64,000 bases of DNA. Origin: Patescibacteria group bacterium. Lineage in GTDB: Bacteria; Patescibacteriota; Minisyncoccia; Phycocordibacterales; UBA918. How positions within the stretch are numbered: position 1 is the stretch's first letter; each line of letters starts with the position of its first letter. The stretch lies in the NCBI GenBank assembly GCA_019745315.1, contig JAIETH010000002.1:32654-96653 (forward strand), read 5' to 3'. Of this stretch, positions 29,303-39,748 are shown piece by piece. The notes beneath the pieces were generated by a model. It had not been told where the DNA came from and did no database searches. It saw nothing but the letters and a program-made list of their open reading frames with translations. A program made the translations under genes and the position numbers.

Positions 29303-30109
29303 ATGTCTTATATAGAAATATCTTTTTTTAAGCTATATTTGCTCCATCTTCGGTCGCCTTCTTTGTGAATGACTCCGTCTTTTATCATATCTATAAGATC
29401 TCTTTGAATTGTCTTTTCTCCGTAGTCCTTTATAGCACCTGAAATGTCTTTTATACTTACAACACCCTTCTCTTTGAGAATATCTATAATCGCGTCTTTT
29501 CTCGTACGTACAGATGTACCAACCTCACTCTCAAGTGGCCTCGGAGCGCGTGGCGCCCTACTCTCTACACTCATATTTTTAGAACGCCGTTTCTCTACCT
29601 GAATATACTGAGGGGACTCGAGCGTGGGATCAATCATATTTTCTGCAGACCTCCGTGTACTCAAGACATGCACACTATAGAGCACGCCATCAATCTCTCG
29701 CAGAAGTACATCAACCAAATCAGAACGGAGGGTTCGGCTACTTGCCGCAAGTGTAAGAAGACTTCGAAGAAGGCTTGCATGTCGAACAGTGGCACGAACC
29801 ATTGCATCATTGCCCGCGCTCACATCAGACGACAACAGGTCGATAACCGATCGAAGCATGTCCTTTGTAACGCCTCGCAACTCGAGTACGGATTCTTGTG
29901 TATTTGAATTGTCTTTTTTAATGTCTGTTATAACAAAAATTGCAGAAGCTATCTTTTCTGTCTTTTTGTATATATTTATGTAGTTATCGCTCTTAAAAAG
30001 AGCTATGTCTAAAGGATCCCTGTCCGATAGTATGTCTTTTATATTCATGGCTATGTCTTTTATATAGAAAGTGTCTTTTATTAGTACTAATGGTACCTCA
30101 AAAAGACAC
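29303..30109. repeat. Array of (T)GTCTTTT(AT) motifs over the wHTH gene and its upstream region
   Basis: Exact TGTCTTTTAT at 29445, 30033, 30054, 30072, plus shorter variants. Confidence 0.6.
29308..30048 (-). CDS. Protein with C-terminal winged HTH (DeoR-like)
   Basis: RKDAIIDILK…SIKDIS…EKTIQRDL…KEGDRRWSKY; start uncertain. Confidence 0.75.
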   Translation of the reverse strand: MNIKDILSDRDPLDIALFKSDNYINIYKKTEKIASAIFVITDIKKDNSNTQESVLELRGVTKDMLRSVIDLLSSDVSAGNDAMVRATVRHASLLRSLLTLAASSRTLRSDLVDVLLREIDGVLYSVHVLSTRRSAENMIDPTLESPQYIQVEKRRSKNMSVESRAPRAPRPLESEVGTSVRTRKDAIIDILKEKGVVSIKDISGAIKDYGEKTIQRDLIDMIKDGVIHKEGDRRWSKYSLKKDISI

Positions 30110-30245
30110 TGTCGCATACTATACAGCGACCGTTTTTTCATGTCTCAATCCTATAAAAACTCATGGGCGGACAGATGTTTTTCTGTGAGTTACAGCCCTA
30201 ATAGATGGCTTATTCATGCTATTATTTCAGCGTTACCTCTACCAT

Positions 30246-32399
30246 ATGGCTACAAAGAAGAAAAAAGAAAAAGAGCCATTTTTCGACGATCTGGCACCTC
30301 ACACAAAGCAAGCTATTGGAGCAATAGGGTTTGGTGTCCTTGGTATATTCTTTGTACTCTCGTCTCTCCATACCGCGGGTTCAGCTGGAAATATCACACA
30401 CACCGTTATCTCCTACCTCTTTGGAGTCGGCTTTGTTCTTGCCCCTCTTGCATGTCTATTATATGTCGTCGTACTTCTCCGACCTCGCGAAAATGGTCGC
30501 ACGAGCATGTCTAAGATGCTCGGCGTTACACTTCTCACCTTCTCAGTACTTGGCCTCATTGCGCTCTATAACCCCGAAGACGGCGGCATGATCGGTCGCA
30601 TACTCATGGTTCCACTCACCTACCTTTTTGGAACACTTACAACCGGCATAGTACTCGGAGGCACCACCCTCATCGCCCTCCTTCTCACGCTCAACACCGG
30701 CATCAAGCTCCCGTCACTCTTTAAGCATAGAGAAGTGACTTTAAGTGAAACTCCTGACGTAGCAATTAAAAATCCTATCCCTCCTGAACTTCTCGAAGAA
30801 GAGGACACTGAAGAATCTGACGAGTCAGAGAAGCCTGAGCGAAAAACCCTTAAAGAGCGTGTTCTTGGGAAGCCCGAGTTTTTTGTGGAGCACTTCCGTG
30901 GACCCTATGCCCCACCACCCCTCTCTCTTGTAGAACGAGATAAAGGGAAAGCACGCGTGGGCGACGTTAAGGCGAGTGCAAATATCATCAAACGAACACT
31001 TGAGAAGTTCGGTATTCTTGTAGAAATGGATGAGGTATCTATTGGACCCTCTGTCACACGATACGCACTCAAGCCCGCTGAAGGCGTGCGTGTATCTAAG
31101 ATCGTAAGTCTTCAGAGCAATCTCGAACTTGCTCTCGCTGCAAGTCCTGTGCGCATCGAGGCACCTATTCCAGGTAAGTCCTTGGTAGGTATTGAGGTAC
31201 CAAATACACAAAAGTCTATGGTGGGTATGGGATCCCTTCTTTCTTCAGCAGAGTTTACCGACTCACCAAAGCCGCTTCTTGTTGCTCTTGGAAAAGACAT
31301 TGCAGGCGTCAGTCACTTTAAGGACGTCGCTAAAATGCCGCACCTCTTGATCGCAGGAACAACAGGATCTGGAAAATCAGCAACAATTCATGCGCTCATC
31401 ACATCGCTACTCTTCCGCAACTCTCCTGAGCAGCTCCGATTCATCATGGTTGACCCAAAGCGAGTTGAGTTGACGCTCTATAACGGCATTCCTCACCTCC
31501 TCACTCCGGTAATAACTGATGCTAAAAAATCTATCCTCTCTCTTAAGTGGGCAGCCAAAGAAATGGAACGACGCTATGAAATCCTTCAAACCGAAAAGGT
31601 TCGTGATATCGGTTCATACCACGACACTATTTATAAGCCAGCACTTAAAAAGTTTGACGCCAAGAAAGCCTCAAAAGGTGGAGTAACCCCTGAGGATGAA
31701 AAAGAGCTTCCTGTTGCACTTCCCTATATCGTGATTATCGTTGACGAGCTTGCTGACATTATGCAGACCTACCCACGCGAACTTGAAGCATCTATCGTTC
31801 GCCTCGCTCAGATGTCACGTGCTGTCGGTATCCACCTCATCCTTTCAACACAGAGACCAGAAGTGAAGGTTATTACAGGACTCATCAAAGCAAACGTTCC
31901 GGGTCGCATTGCACTCAAGGTAAACTCACAGATTGACTCACGCGTTATCATCGACTCACCTGGAGCTGAAAAACTCCTTGGACAAGGAGACATGCTCTAT
32001 CTCTCGGGAGAAGTTTCAAAGCCGCTTCGTATCCAGTCAGCATATATTTCTGAAGGAGAGGTAAAGGCTGTCGTTGAATACCTCAAAGGACAAAGTGACG
32101 CTCACAGCCTTGACTCTATTGATCTTGAAGGAGGTGCGGGAGAGCATAGCGATGCCCTCTTTGAATCCATGGTTGACGATGATAATGAAGACGATGAACT
32201 CTATGAGGAGGCAAAGAGTATTGTTATCAAAGATAAAAAAGCCTCAACATCATACCTTCAGCGACGTCTTCGCGTGGGATATTCACGAGCCGCCCGCCTT
32301 ATCGATATCCTTGAAGAGCGTGGAGTCATAGGAGCGCAAGATGGCGCACGTCCCCGCGAAATATTCGGTTCTCCTGAATCAGAAGAACGTCCTTTATAA
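30246..32399 (+). CDS. ftsK: DNA translocase FtsK
   Basis: N-terminal TMs, AGTTGSGKS, IVDELAD, STQRP, gamma domain LQRRLRVGYSRAAR. Confidence 0.97.
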   Translation: MATKKKKEKEPFFDDLAPHTKQAIGAIGFGVLGIFFVLSSLHTAGSAGNITHTVISYLFGVGFVLAPLACLLYVVVLLRPRENGRTSMSKMLGVTLLTFSVLGLIALYNPEDGGMIGRILMVPLTYLFGTLTTGIVLGGTTLIALLLTLNTGIKLPSLFKHREVTLSETPDVAIKNPIPPELLEEEDTEESDESEKPERKTLKERVLGKPEFFVEHFRGPYAPPPLSLVERDKGKARVGDVKASANIIKRTLEKFGILVEMDEVSIGPSVTRYALKPAEGVRVSKIVSLQSNLELALAASPVRIEAPIPGKSLVGIEVPNTQKSMVGMGSLLSSAEFTDSPKPLLVALGKDIAGVSHFKDVAKMPHLLIAGTTGSGKSATIHALITSLLFRNSPEQLRFIMVDPKRVELTLYNGIPHLLTPVITDAKKSILSLKWAAKEMERRYEILQTEKVRDIGSYHDTIYKPALKKFDAKKASKGGVTPEDEKELPVALPYIVIIVDELADIMQTYPRELEASIVRLAQMSRAVGIHLILSTQRPEVKVITGLIKANVPGRIALKVNSQIDSRVIIDSPGAEKLLGQGDMLYLSGEVSKPLRIQSAYISEGEVKAVVEYLKGQSDAHSLDSIDLEGGAGEHSDALFESMVDDDNEDDELYEEAKSIVIKDKKASTSYLQRRLRVGYSRAARLIDILEERGVIGAQDGARPREIFGSPESEERPL

Positions 32400-32403
32400 C
32401 ACC

Positions 32404-32766
32404 ATGCCTATCCTCTTCCATCGTCACTTCTCTCTCGGCACAGTCCTCTATTTTGCAATTGTTATCGCCGTTGTTGGTGGAGTAGTTGCATACGGCATAT
32501 TTCAAGCTCGACACCTCATTGAGGGGCCAGTTATTACCCTTACTGAGGAACCTGCCTACGCCCAGCCTGACGCCGCCATAGAGATCAAAGGCAATGCCCA
32601 GAATATAATCTCTATCTCGATCAATGACCGTCAAATCTTCACGGACGACAGTGGAAACTTTACTGAGACCCTCGTACTTCCTAAAGGATATACTATAATG
32701 ACACTGACGGCAGAAGACCGATATGGTCGAGTGCGCACAGTCGAACGAACATACGTACGAAGTTAA
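32404..32766 (+). CDS. Membrane-anchored Ig-like domain protein
   Basis: TM then GPVITL…GNFTE…LTAEDRYG beta-sandwich pattern. Confidence 0.7.
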   Translation: MPILFHRHFSLGTVLYFAIVIAVVGGVVAYGIFQARHLIEGPVITLTEEPAYAQPDAAIEIKGNAQNIISISINDRQIFTDDSGNFTETLVLPKGYTIMTLTAEDRYGRVRTVERTYVRS

Positions 32767-32783
32767 TAATTATCTCTACCCTT

Positions 32784-33812
32784 ATGGCATTCGCGAAAAA
32801 AGCAAAAAAAAGTCCTTCAATACCCGCAGCCCGCGGCATCGAAGACATTAAACAAGCACTTCAAAGTATTAAGACTAAGTTTGGTGACGATTCTATTATG
32901 ATGCTCGGGGAGCGTCCTAAGGTTAATGTCGATGCTATTCCCTCAGGCTCAATCGGACTTGATTACGCTCTCGGTATCGGTGGATATCCTCGTGGACGTA
33001 TCATAGAAGTATATGGTCCTGAGTCTTCAGGAAAGACAACCCTATCTCTCCATGCTATCGCAGAAGCACAGAAGACTGGTGGTGTATGCGCATTCATTGA
33101 CGCAGAGCATGCGCTTGACCCTGAGTACGCACAACGGCTTGGTGTGAAGATTGAGGATCTTCTCATTTCACAACCTGATACAGGTGAACAGGCGCTCGAA
33201 ATCGTTGAGTCTCTCGTGCGCACTGGGAAGATCGATATCATCGTCGTTGACTCAGTTGCAGCACTCACCCCAAAGGATGAAATCGAAGGAGAAATGGGTC
33301 AGCAGCATGTAGGGCGACAAGCGCGTCTCATGAGTCAAGCACTTCGTAAGCTCACTGCAATTGTTTCTAAATCAAAGACCATCATTATCTTTATCAATCA
33401 GATTCGCATGCAGATAGGTGTGATGTTTGGCAATCCTGAGACAACGACTGGAGGAAAGGCTCTTAAGTTTTACACTTCTGTTCGTTTGGATATTCGTCGC
33501 ATAGCTCAGATCAAAAAAGGAGAAGAGGTTGTGGGAGGCCGGCACCGCATCAAGGTTGTAAAAAATAAGGTTGCTGCTCCCTTCCGTACTACGGAATTTG
33601 ATCTTCTCTATAACGAAGGAATATCAAAGGAGGGCGAGCTTCTTGCTCTTGGAGAGCGATTCGGTATTGTTCAGAAATCAGGAGCTTCGTACTCATATGG
33701 CGAAGCGAAGCTGGGTCGAGGATATGACGCAGCACGCACTGCCCTTCGCGAAGATCCGAAACTTCAGGATGAGCTCCTTAAAGAAGTACGTGCAAAGCTT
33801 CAAGAAACGTAA
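32784..33812 (+). CDS. recA: Recombinase RecA (no intein)
   Basis: [26 protein letters not shown]. Confidence 0.99.
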   Translation: MAFAKKAKKSPSIPAARGIEDIKQALQSIKTKFGDDSIMMLGERPKVNVDAIPSGSIGLDYALGIGGYPRGRIIEVYGPESSGKTTLSLHAIAEAQKTGGVCAFIDAEHALDPEYAQRLGVKIEDLLISQPDTGEQALEIVESLVRTGKIDIIVVDSVAALTPKDEIEGEMGQQHVGRQARLMSQALRKLTAIVSKSKTIIIFINQIRMQIGVMFGNPETTTGGKALKFYTSVRLDIRRIAQIKKGEEVVGGRHRIKVVKNKVAAPFRTTEFDLLYNEGISKEGELLALGERFGIVQKSGASYSYGEAKLGRGYDAARTALREDPKLQDELLKEVRAKLQET

Positions 33813-33875
33813 ACCGTATACGAAAACAAAAAAACACCATACTGGTGTTTTTTTGTACTTCTCAACATAAACTAC

Positions 33876-34205
33876 TTAGGCACGCATATGTCGATCAGAC
33901 ATATTCAAACTCATAACTCCAGTATCGCCTTTCAAGAAAGCATGAAATGCGTATGCAAATACTGCAAGTACGAGCAGTGTCCATATTTCTGTACCGGTTA
34001 CGGCTCCCAGAATAAACGCTCCAACATCTCCTACGGTAACCATAGAGAGGTTTTGCGCAACATCAAGAATTGATACGTATTGAACGAATGCATACGCACA
34101 AAATGCCATAACAATCGTATGTCGAGCTCGGGTACCTCCGAGGACTCGCATCGCGTATGCCGTATAAATGCGTCGCATTATTTTTTTGTGTAATTGTGTG
34201 TGCAT
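33876..34205 (-). CDS. Small membrane protein, candidate anti-sigma factor
   Basis: Hydrophobic segments; directly downstream of the ECF sigma gene. Confidence 0.55.
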   Translation of the reverse strand: MHTQLHKKIMRRIYTAYAMRVLGGTRARHTIVMAFCAYAFVQYVSILDVAQNLSMVTVGDVGAFILGAVTGTEIWTLLVLAVFAYAFHAFLKGDTGVMSLNMSDRHMRA

Positions 34206-34249
34206 ATGTGGGCTCTATGAATTGTTCGTACTCTCTATAACGACGTTTT

Positions 34250-34861
34250 CTACTTATTAGTTTCACCACCAATCGAATCACGCCCCATACCTCCCTCTTC
34301 GTATTCTTTTTTAAATACCGCTTTTGCTCTGTGAATACGCGTCTTTACCGCAGCAACACTAATTCCTAAGTGATGCGCTATATCTTTATGAGACCATCGC
34401 TCAAGGTAGTGAAAACGGAGTACTGCTGCAAAATGTCCTGGTATTTTTTCTAACATGCGCACAATCTCATCCTCCTCCTCTTTATTAAGAGCGTGCTCTG
34501 TGACATCGCGCACCTGCTGCTCATACTCTGGATCAAGAGCGCTTACGCGACTACCCTCTCGCTTTTTCTTCATATACCTCGTGAGAGCAGTATTTACCAC
34601 AATGGTATATGCCCATGAGGAAAACTTCGCTCCTTCACGAACCTCAAAACGATCCATATTGAGATAAATCTTGGTAAAAGCATCTTGCACCACCTCTTCT
34701 GAATCAAGTCTGCTATGCAGAATGGACTCCGCTTTTCTCATAAACGCTTCTTCGTATCTCTCAAGGAGCATGGCAAAGAGCCACGGCTCGCTACGGGAGC
34801 GAGCCAAAAGCTCTTCGTCAGAGAGTGCGGGTGTTGATGAATCTCCTAGAAATCTAAACAT
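34250..34861 (-). CDS. ECF RNA polymerase sigma factor
   Basis: EEVVQDAF…FSSWAYTI region 2; SHKDIA…VKTRIHRAK region 4. Confidence 0.92.
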   Translation of the reverse strand: MFRFLGDSSTPALSDEELLARSRSEPWLFAMLLERYEEAFMRKAESILHSRLDSEEVVQDAFTKIYLNMDRFEVREGAKFSSWAYTIVVNTALTRYMKKKREGSRVSALDPEYEQQVRDVTEHALNKEEEDEIVRMLEKIPGHFAAVLRFHYLERWSHKDIAHHLGISVAAVKTRIHRAKAVFKKEYEEGGMGRDSIGGETNK

Positions 34862-34986
34862 ACAATATAGAGAACAATACTATAGATTCTCGTACTTTAC
34901 AGGGTTGATTCATTTCTGGCTTTTTGTGAAAGTAGCGGGTATACTCTGGCTTGTATTATAACTAATCAAATACCCACTCCGTTTCT

Positions 34987-35562
34987 ATGGCAACTCTTGC
35001 ATATAATGAAATTCTTCCGAAAACAGTCATCGTCATGAACGGTGAACCCTTTCTCGTTCTCGATGCTCACGTATTCCGCAAACAACAGCGTAAGCCAGTA
35101 AACCAGACAAAGATCAAGTCACTCAAAACAGGGCGTGTAATTGAACAGACATTCCATCAAAATGAAAATGCTGTTGAAGCTGATCTCGAGAGGAAGATGA
35201 TTGAATTTATCTACGAAAATCGTGGTATCTATTGGTTTTGTGAGGCAGGAAAGCCACAAACCCGCTTTGAATTAGGTGAAGCTGTTGTCGGAGAAGCTAT
35301 TAAGTTTATAAAGCCGAAATCAGAAGTTGAAGCGCTTGTATTTGATGAAGAAATCATCGGCGTTAAGGTGCCTATCAAGGTAGAGCTTGCAGTCAAAGAG
35401 GCTGCTCCTGCAATTAAAGGAAATACCGTACAAGGTGGCAGCAAAGAAGTCATACTTGAAACGGGAGCAAAAATCCAAGTCCCTATGTTTATCAATGAAG
35501 GCGACGTCGTGCGCATAAATACCGAGTCAGGAGAGTACACTGAACGCGTAAGTAAGGCGTAG
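34987..35562 (+). CDS. efp: Elongation factor P
   Basis: KGNT, LETGAKIQVPMFI, GEYTER; loop FRKQQRKP is atypical. Confidence 0.92.
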   Translation: MATLAYNEILPKTVIVMNGEPFLVLDAHVFRKQQRKPVNQTKIKSLKTGRVIEQTFHQNENAVEADLERKMIEFIYENRGIYWFCEAGKPQTRFELGEAVVGEAIKFIKPKSEVEALVFDEEIIGVKVPIKVELAVKEAAPAIKGNTVQGGSKEVILETGAKIQVPMFINEGDVVRINTESGEYTERVSKA

Positions 35563-35611
35563 GGTAACCAACAAAAAAACACCCGTACGGGTGTTTTTTT
35601 GTTGGTCTGAT

Positions 35612-35839
35612 TTAACGAGCCACAAACGGCATCAATGCCATGAATCGTGCGCGCTTCATAGCTTGCGCAAGAAGTCGCTGCTCACGGCCAGTCAACTGTG
35701 TACGTCGACGTCCGTGGATACGAGAGTGCTGATTAACATATCGCTCAAGAAGCGCTGTGTTCTTGTAGTCGAAATGCAGCGCTCCAGTACGAGCACGCCC
35801 CTCTTCTTTCATGTCTTTATTTTTTGGTGTTTTGTCCAT
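35612..35839 (-). CDS. rpsR: 30S ribosomal protein bS18 (no Zn cysteines)
   Basis: DYKN, QRLLAQAMKRARFMALMPF. Confidence 0.93.
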   Translation of the reverse strand: MDKTPKNKDMKEEGRARTGALHFDYKNTALLERYVNQHSRIHGRRRTQLTGREQRLLAQAMKRARFMALMPFVAR

Positions 35840-35849
35840 ATGCTAATTC

Positions 35850-36290
35850 TTAAAATGGGATATCGTCAGGATTAATCTCTTCTTCAGGGTATTCCATACT
35901 TTCTGGCATAGAGTCTTTTGGTGCCTTATCTTCTCCCGCCTGTGAAGAAGCTCCTCCTCCCATGCCGCCTTTCGGTCCAAACTGCATTCTGTCAGCAACG
36001 ATTTCTGTTCGATACTGCTTTGCGCCATCTTTGTCCCAACTTCGAGTTTGAAGTCTTCCTTCAACCATTACTCCGCTTCCTTTTTTCAAATACTGAGCGC
36101 TCAGTTCTGCCTGCTTACCAAACAATACAATGTTGTGGTAATCGACTGACTCCTGCTTTCTTCCCTCACGATCTTTGTATACTCGATTGGTAGCAAGTGA
36201 AAATGAACACACCTGAATACCTGATGGCAACGCGCGCATCTCCGGATCTCGTGTGAGATTTCCGTAGATTATTGCTTTATTAAGATACAT
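35850..36290 (-). CDS. ssb: Single-stranded DNA-binding protein
   Basis: GNLTRDPE, EGRLQTRSW, C-terminal DDIPF. Confidence 0.97.
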   Translation of the reverse strand: MYLNKAIIYGNLTRDPEMRALPSGIQVCSFSLATNRVYKDREGRKQESVDYHNIVLFGKQAELSAQYLKKGSGVMVEGRLQTRSWDKDGAKQYRTEIVADRMQFGPKGGMGGGASSQAGEDKAPKDSMPESMEYPEEEINPDDIPF

Positions 36291-36294
36291 ATAA

Positions 36295-36795
36295 TTATGA
36301 TGTTATTCCTTCAAGCGACTTGTTGAGGTCGTCATCAGAAATATCAGCCACCTCTCCCGACGCGTCCTCACTATCTACTACTGTAGCAGATTCCTGCTTC
36401 CCTACGAATACACGGTGAGGATGAGCTGCCTCTTCACGAGTAAGACGTACGAGCAAGTGACGGAGCACTTCGCCGCGGTGAACAATTTCAGTTGTTACGC
36501 TTTCGAGATCACTTCGCATAAGTGAAAAACGAATCCATCCGTACCACGAGTTGGTAAAGCGAAGTGAACGCCCTTCAACAGCCTTCCGTATCTCATACGC
36601 AAGGGTAAAACGCTGAGGATTCTCTTCTTCAAGAATCTCCCCATTGTGAGTCGTGATAATAGCTTTTAGGGCTGCAATAACCCCAGAGACTTCCCCATCG
36701 GCAACCGTTGGAAGTAGGTGGAAAGCGAGTTCATACTGGTCACGCTCGTCGTGATTTTGTGTCGCTTCGACTGCCGGCATTGTTGTTTCGTCCAT
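36295..36795 (-). CDS. rpsF: 30S ribosomal protein bS6
   Basis: YELAF, LAYEI, VLRHLLV; rpsF-ssb-rpsR order. Confidence 0.88.
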   Translation of the reverse strand: MDETTMPAVEATQNHDERDQYELAFHLLPTVADGEVSGVIAALKAIITTHNGEILEEENPQRFTLAYEIRKAVEGRSLRFTNSWYGWIRFSLMRSDLESVTTEIVHRGEVLRHLLVRLTREEAAHPHRVFVGKQESATVVDSEDASGEVADISDDDLNKSLEGITS

Positions 36796-36890
36796 ATTTT
36801 TTCTCTATTAGTAATGGCGATAACGTACCACAAAAAAGGCCTGTTCGCAAGAAGGGCTCGCGCCCTCTCGGAAATGATATACTAGCTCTA

Positions 36891-37793
36891 ATGAGCAAGA
36901 ACACGGCGCTTTATATCCTTATATCGATACTTATAGGGACAATCTCTTTCGGCGTATTTTGGCATATGCGCCTTTCCAACACTATTACCATGCTCGCAGA
37001 AGATAAAGAGGTACTGCGCACAGAAATCGCTGAATTGAAGACACAGACCGATCAAACAATTGCTGACCTCGGAAGCACAATAGATACCCTGACAAAAGAC
37101 AGAGACGGGTTAAAAGAATCTCTCGAAGAAGCACGCGAAGAAAATGAGTCAGTGGAAAAGAAAGTTTCAACTGCCCTCAAAACTGTCGAGACACTCAGCA
37201 AGCTTGCGGCAACAGATCCCGAACTTCTCCAGAAGTACTCAAAAGTATACTTTCTTAATGAGCACTACGCTCCCCCACAAACAAAAGCTATAGATAAAAA
37301 ATATCTCTATACCGAGACTGATGTTGAATATCTCCATGCAGAGGTAATGCCATTCTTTAAAGACATGGTTGAAGACGCGCTCGACGACGGCATTGAACTG
37401 TATGTAGTATCAGCATTCAGATCCTTTGATCAACAGAAGTCACTCAAAAGTGCCTACAGCGTGACGTATGGTACTGGGGCAAATACGTTTTCAGCAGACC
37501 AGGGATATTCTGAACATCAGCTCGGCACCACAGTTGACTTCACCACCACTGGCATCAATGGAGGACTTACAGGATTTGATACCACCCCTGCATATACATG
37601 GCTTACCAAAAATGCATACCGATACGGCTTCGTTCTCTCCTATCCAAAAAACAATCAGTACTATATTTTTGAACCGTGGCACTGGAGATTTGTTGGCACC
37701 GACTTAGCTCGAGATCTTCATAATGATAAAAAATACTTCTACGACCTCGATCAACGAGAGATAGAAGAATATCGAGCTACGATGTTTGATTAA
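36891..37793 (+). CDS. VanY-like D,D-carboxypeptidase (M15) on a coiled-coil stalk
   Basis: TM, coiled coil, SAFRS, SEHQLGTTVD, FEPWHWRF. Confidence 0.88.
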   Translation: MSKNTALYILISILIGTISFGVFWHMRLSNTITMLAEDKEVLRTEIAELKTQTDQTIADLGSTIDTLTKDRDGLKESLEEAREENESVEKKVSTALKTVETLSKLAATDPELLQKYSKVYFLNEHYAPPQTKAIDKKYLYTETDVEYLHAEVMPFFKDMVEDALDDGIELYVVSAFRSFDQQKSLKSAYSVTYGTGANTFSADQGYSEHQLGTTVDFTTTGINGGLTGFDTTPAYTWLTKNAYRYGFVLSYPKNNQYYIFEPWHWRFVGTDLARDLHNDKKYFYDLDQREIEEYRATMFD

Positions 37794-37851
37794 GGTTGAC
37801 TCAAGAAGATATGCTGTAGTAGGGTATTCCTGGATCAAGGAGAATCCCCGT

Positions 37852-38091
37852 ATGAGTGGCTCAATCAGAGCAATGACAGGAACAATCGCTCAGGCTGCGA
37901 GCCCTGCAGCGATTGTCAAAGCGCGGGTGACTGGAAAGTGCCCGTCATGCGAAGCCCGCCTCACAGGGCGAGCACTATGGGATGCGGGCACCCTGGTGAA
38001 ATACGTCATCCCCGACCACTACGACGCACGCAACCCCGCCAAGCTGACCTGCACGGGTGCCGGCACCACCATTCCGCAGAAGGAGACCTGA
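37852..38091 (+). CDS. Small protein with CxxC…H…C, possibly Zn-binding (GC-rich cassette)
   Basis: AAGGAG SD, TTGACT upstream, GC-rich codons, hairpin after the stop. Confidence 0.6.
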   Translation: MSGSIRAMTGTIAQAASPAAIVKARVTGKCPSCEARLTGRALWDAGTLVKYVIPDHYDARNPAKLTCTGAGTTIPQKET

Positions 38092-38117
38092 GACCTTATC
38101 TTACACATAAGGTCTTT

Positions 38118-38954
38118 TTATATTCCAAACATCCGACGAGCATTTTCTCGTAGCGCACTAGCTACAGCCTCTTCATTCTCTCCTCTAATTTCTGCTATTT
38201 TTTTAACTACCTCTATCACAAAGAGTGGCTCGTTTCGTTTTCCTCTATGCGGCACAGGTGTGACATACGGCGCATCAGTTTCTGCATGAAGCATCGAAAG
38301 CGGAGCATTTTTTATAATCTCATCATAGTCTCTCGCAAATGTGATAACTCCTGTAAATGAAGTGGTGTACCCTATATCCCAAAACATCTTTGCCTCTTCA
38401 TATGTTCCTGCAAAAAAATGTACATTTCCTAACACTTTTGTATGAGATCGGAGGATGTCGTACGCGTCCTGGTATGCGTTGTCGCTCTCTCCAGAACGCA
38501 CATGAAGCATCAAGGGTTTCCCCACTGCATTTGCCAATTCAATTTGTTCAATAAATGCTTTTTTTTGAAGCTCTTTGGTCCCCTCTTCTAATCGCACATA
38601 GTCGAGCCCACATTCACCTATTGCAACAACCTTCGGATCTGCAGCCAATTTTGTATAGAGCGCTGCATCAAACACCTCTCCGCGAGACGTAAATCCTTTT
38701 TCGACATCAGTAAATTCTTTTGGATCGTGATACGAACGAGATGTATGAACCGGATGAAGGCCCGCTATGGCATACACTCCTTGTTCGTATTCATGCGCTA
38801 TTTCGATAGCCCGCTCTGTAGTATCACGCTGTGTTCCAACATTAATACACCCCACCCCCGCCTCGAGCATTCTGTCTGTGACTTCTTTCCAGTCAAGGGA
38901 AAAAGCCGCAAGGTTTACGTGAGTATGGATATCTATGTATGCAATATCTTTCAT
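38118..38954 (-). CDS. tatD: TatD family hydrolase
   Basis: DIHTH, GLHP, AIGECGLD, ETDAPY. Confidence 0.93.
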   Translation of the reverse strand: MKDIAYIDIHTHVNLAAFSLDWKEVTDRMLEAGVGCINVGTQRDTTERAIEIAHEYEQGVYAIAGLHPVHTSRSYHDPKEFTDVEKGFTSRGEVFDAALYTKLAADPKVVAIGECGLDYVRLEEGTKELQKKAFIEQIELANAVGKPLMLHVRSGESDNAYQDAYDILRSHTKVLGNVHFFAGTYEEAKMFWDIGYTTSFTGVITFARDYDEIIKNAPLSMLHAETDAPYVTPVPHRGKRNEPLFVIEVVKKIAEIRGENEEAVASALRENARRMFGI

Positions 38955-39084
38955 ATTAAAAAAGTAACAATCTCACATACGCATTTATATGCAGGTAGAC
39001 GCATGGCGAGACCACGAGTCATGACGTGCATGATAGGCGATCAAGCTGACGAGGTCGTGAGCACAAAATGCGTATGTCAGACTC

Positions 39085-39729
39085 CTACCAATGACTATTG
39101 ATAGTAAGTATAAGTCGTTCACCAGATTCTATAGGCTCTACTCCATGGAATGTACGATCTCCAAAGAAAAGACAGAGATCATTCGGACGCGAGCGCGCAA
39201 TAATATGAGGGACGACACGCCGAAGAAATGGGACATGTCGCAATGCGCGTGAAAACAGCTTGATCAAAAAAGCATTCTTACTGGTACGCAGGTTTGGAAA
39301 TGCTATCAACTCCCCGCCTGTCTCTGGCATTTTGAGAGCCAAGGTTGCATTCGCGTACGCTCCGTCATAATGATACTCCGTTTCTTCTGTACGCTTACCG
39401 TCGCGAGCATCTTTATACGGAAAACCAATCATCTGTCGTTCAGGCTGAAGCGGCACAAAATCTTTCCCTTCTTTTTCGGCGCGAATCTTGTGAAGTCCGT
39501 TAAAAAGCGCCATAAATTCCTCGCTGTGCGCAAGACGATCTGCAATAGATCCCTGAAGTTCAATTGTTTTTTTATTTGCGAGTCGCTCGCCAGTAGCCCT
39601 GAGTTCAGAAAATGCGTCAGGAGTTAGGAAATCTGACAACATGACATACCCCTGTTTCCACATAGACTCAACGAGCTCCCTATGCCAGCTCTGATCCGTA
39701 ATTTTTGAAATATAGAGTGGATTGATCAT
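39085..39729 (-). CDS. 2OG-Fe(II) oxygenase-like protein
   Basis: YHYD, GGEL, HGVEPI…R. Confidence 0.75.
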   Translation of the reverse strand: MINPLYISKITDQSWHRELVESMWKQGYVMLSDFLTPDAFSELRATGERLANKKTIELQGSIADRLAHSEEFMALFNGLHKIRAEKEGKDFVPLQPERQMIGFPYKDARDGKRTEETEYHYDGAYANATLALKMPETGGELIAFPNLRTSKNAFLIKLFSRALRHVPFLRRVVPHIIARSRPNDLCLFFGDRTFHGVEPIESGERLILTINSHW

Positions 39730-39748
39730 ATGTACGTAATTATACATC

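Noticed and set aside
39046-39068. Hammerhead ribozyme core (CTGACGA…)
   Set aside because: GAAA is missing, stem II is mispaired and stem I cannot form
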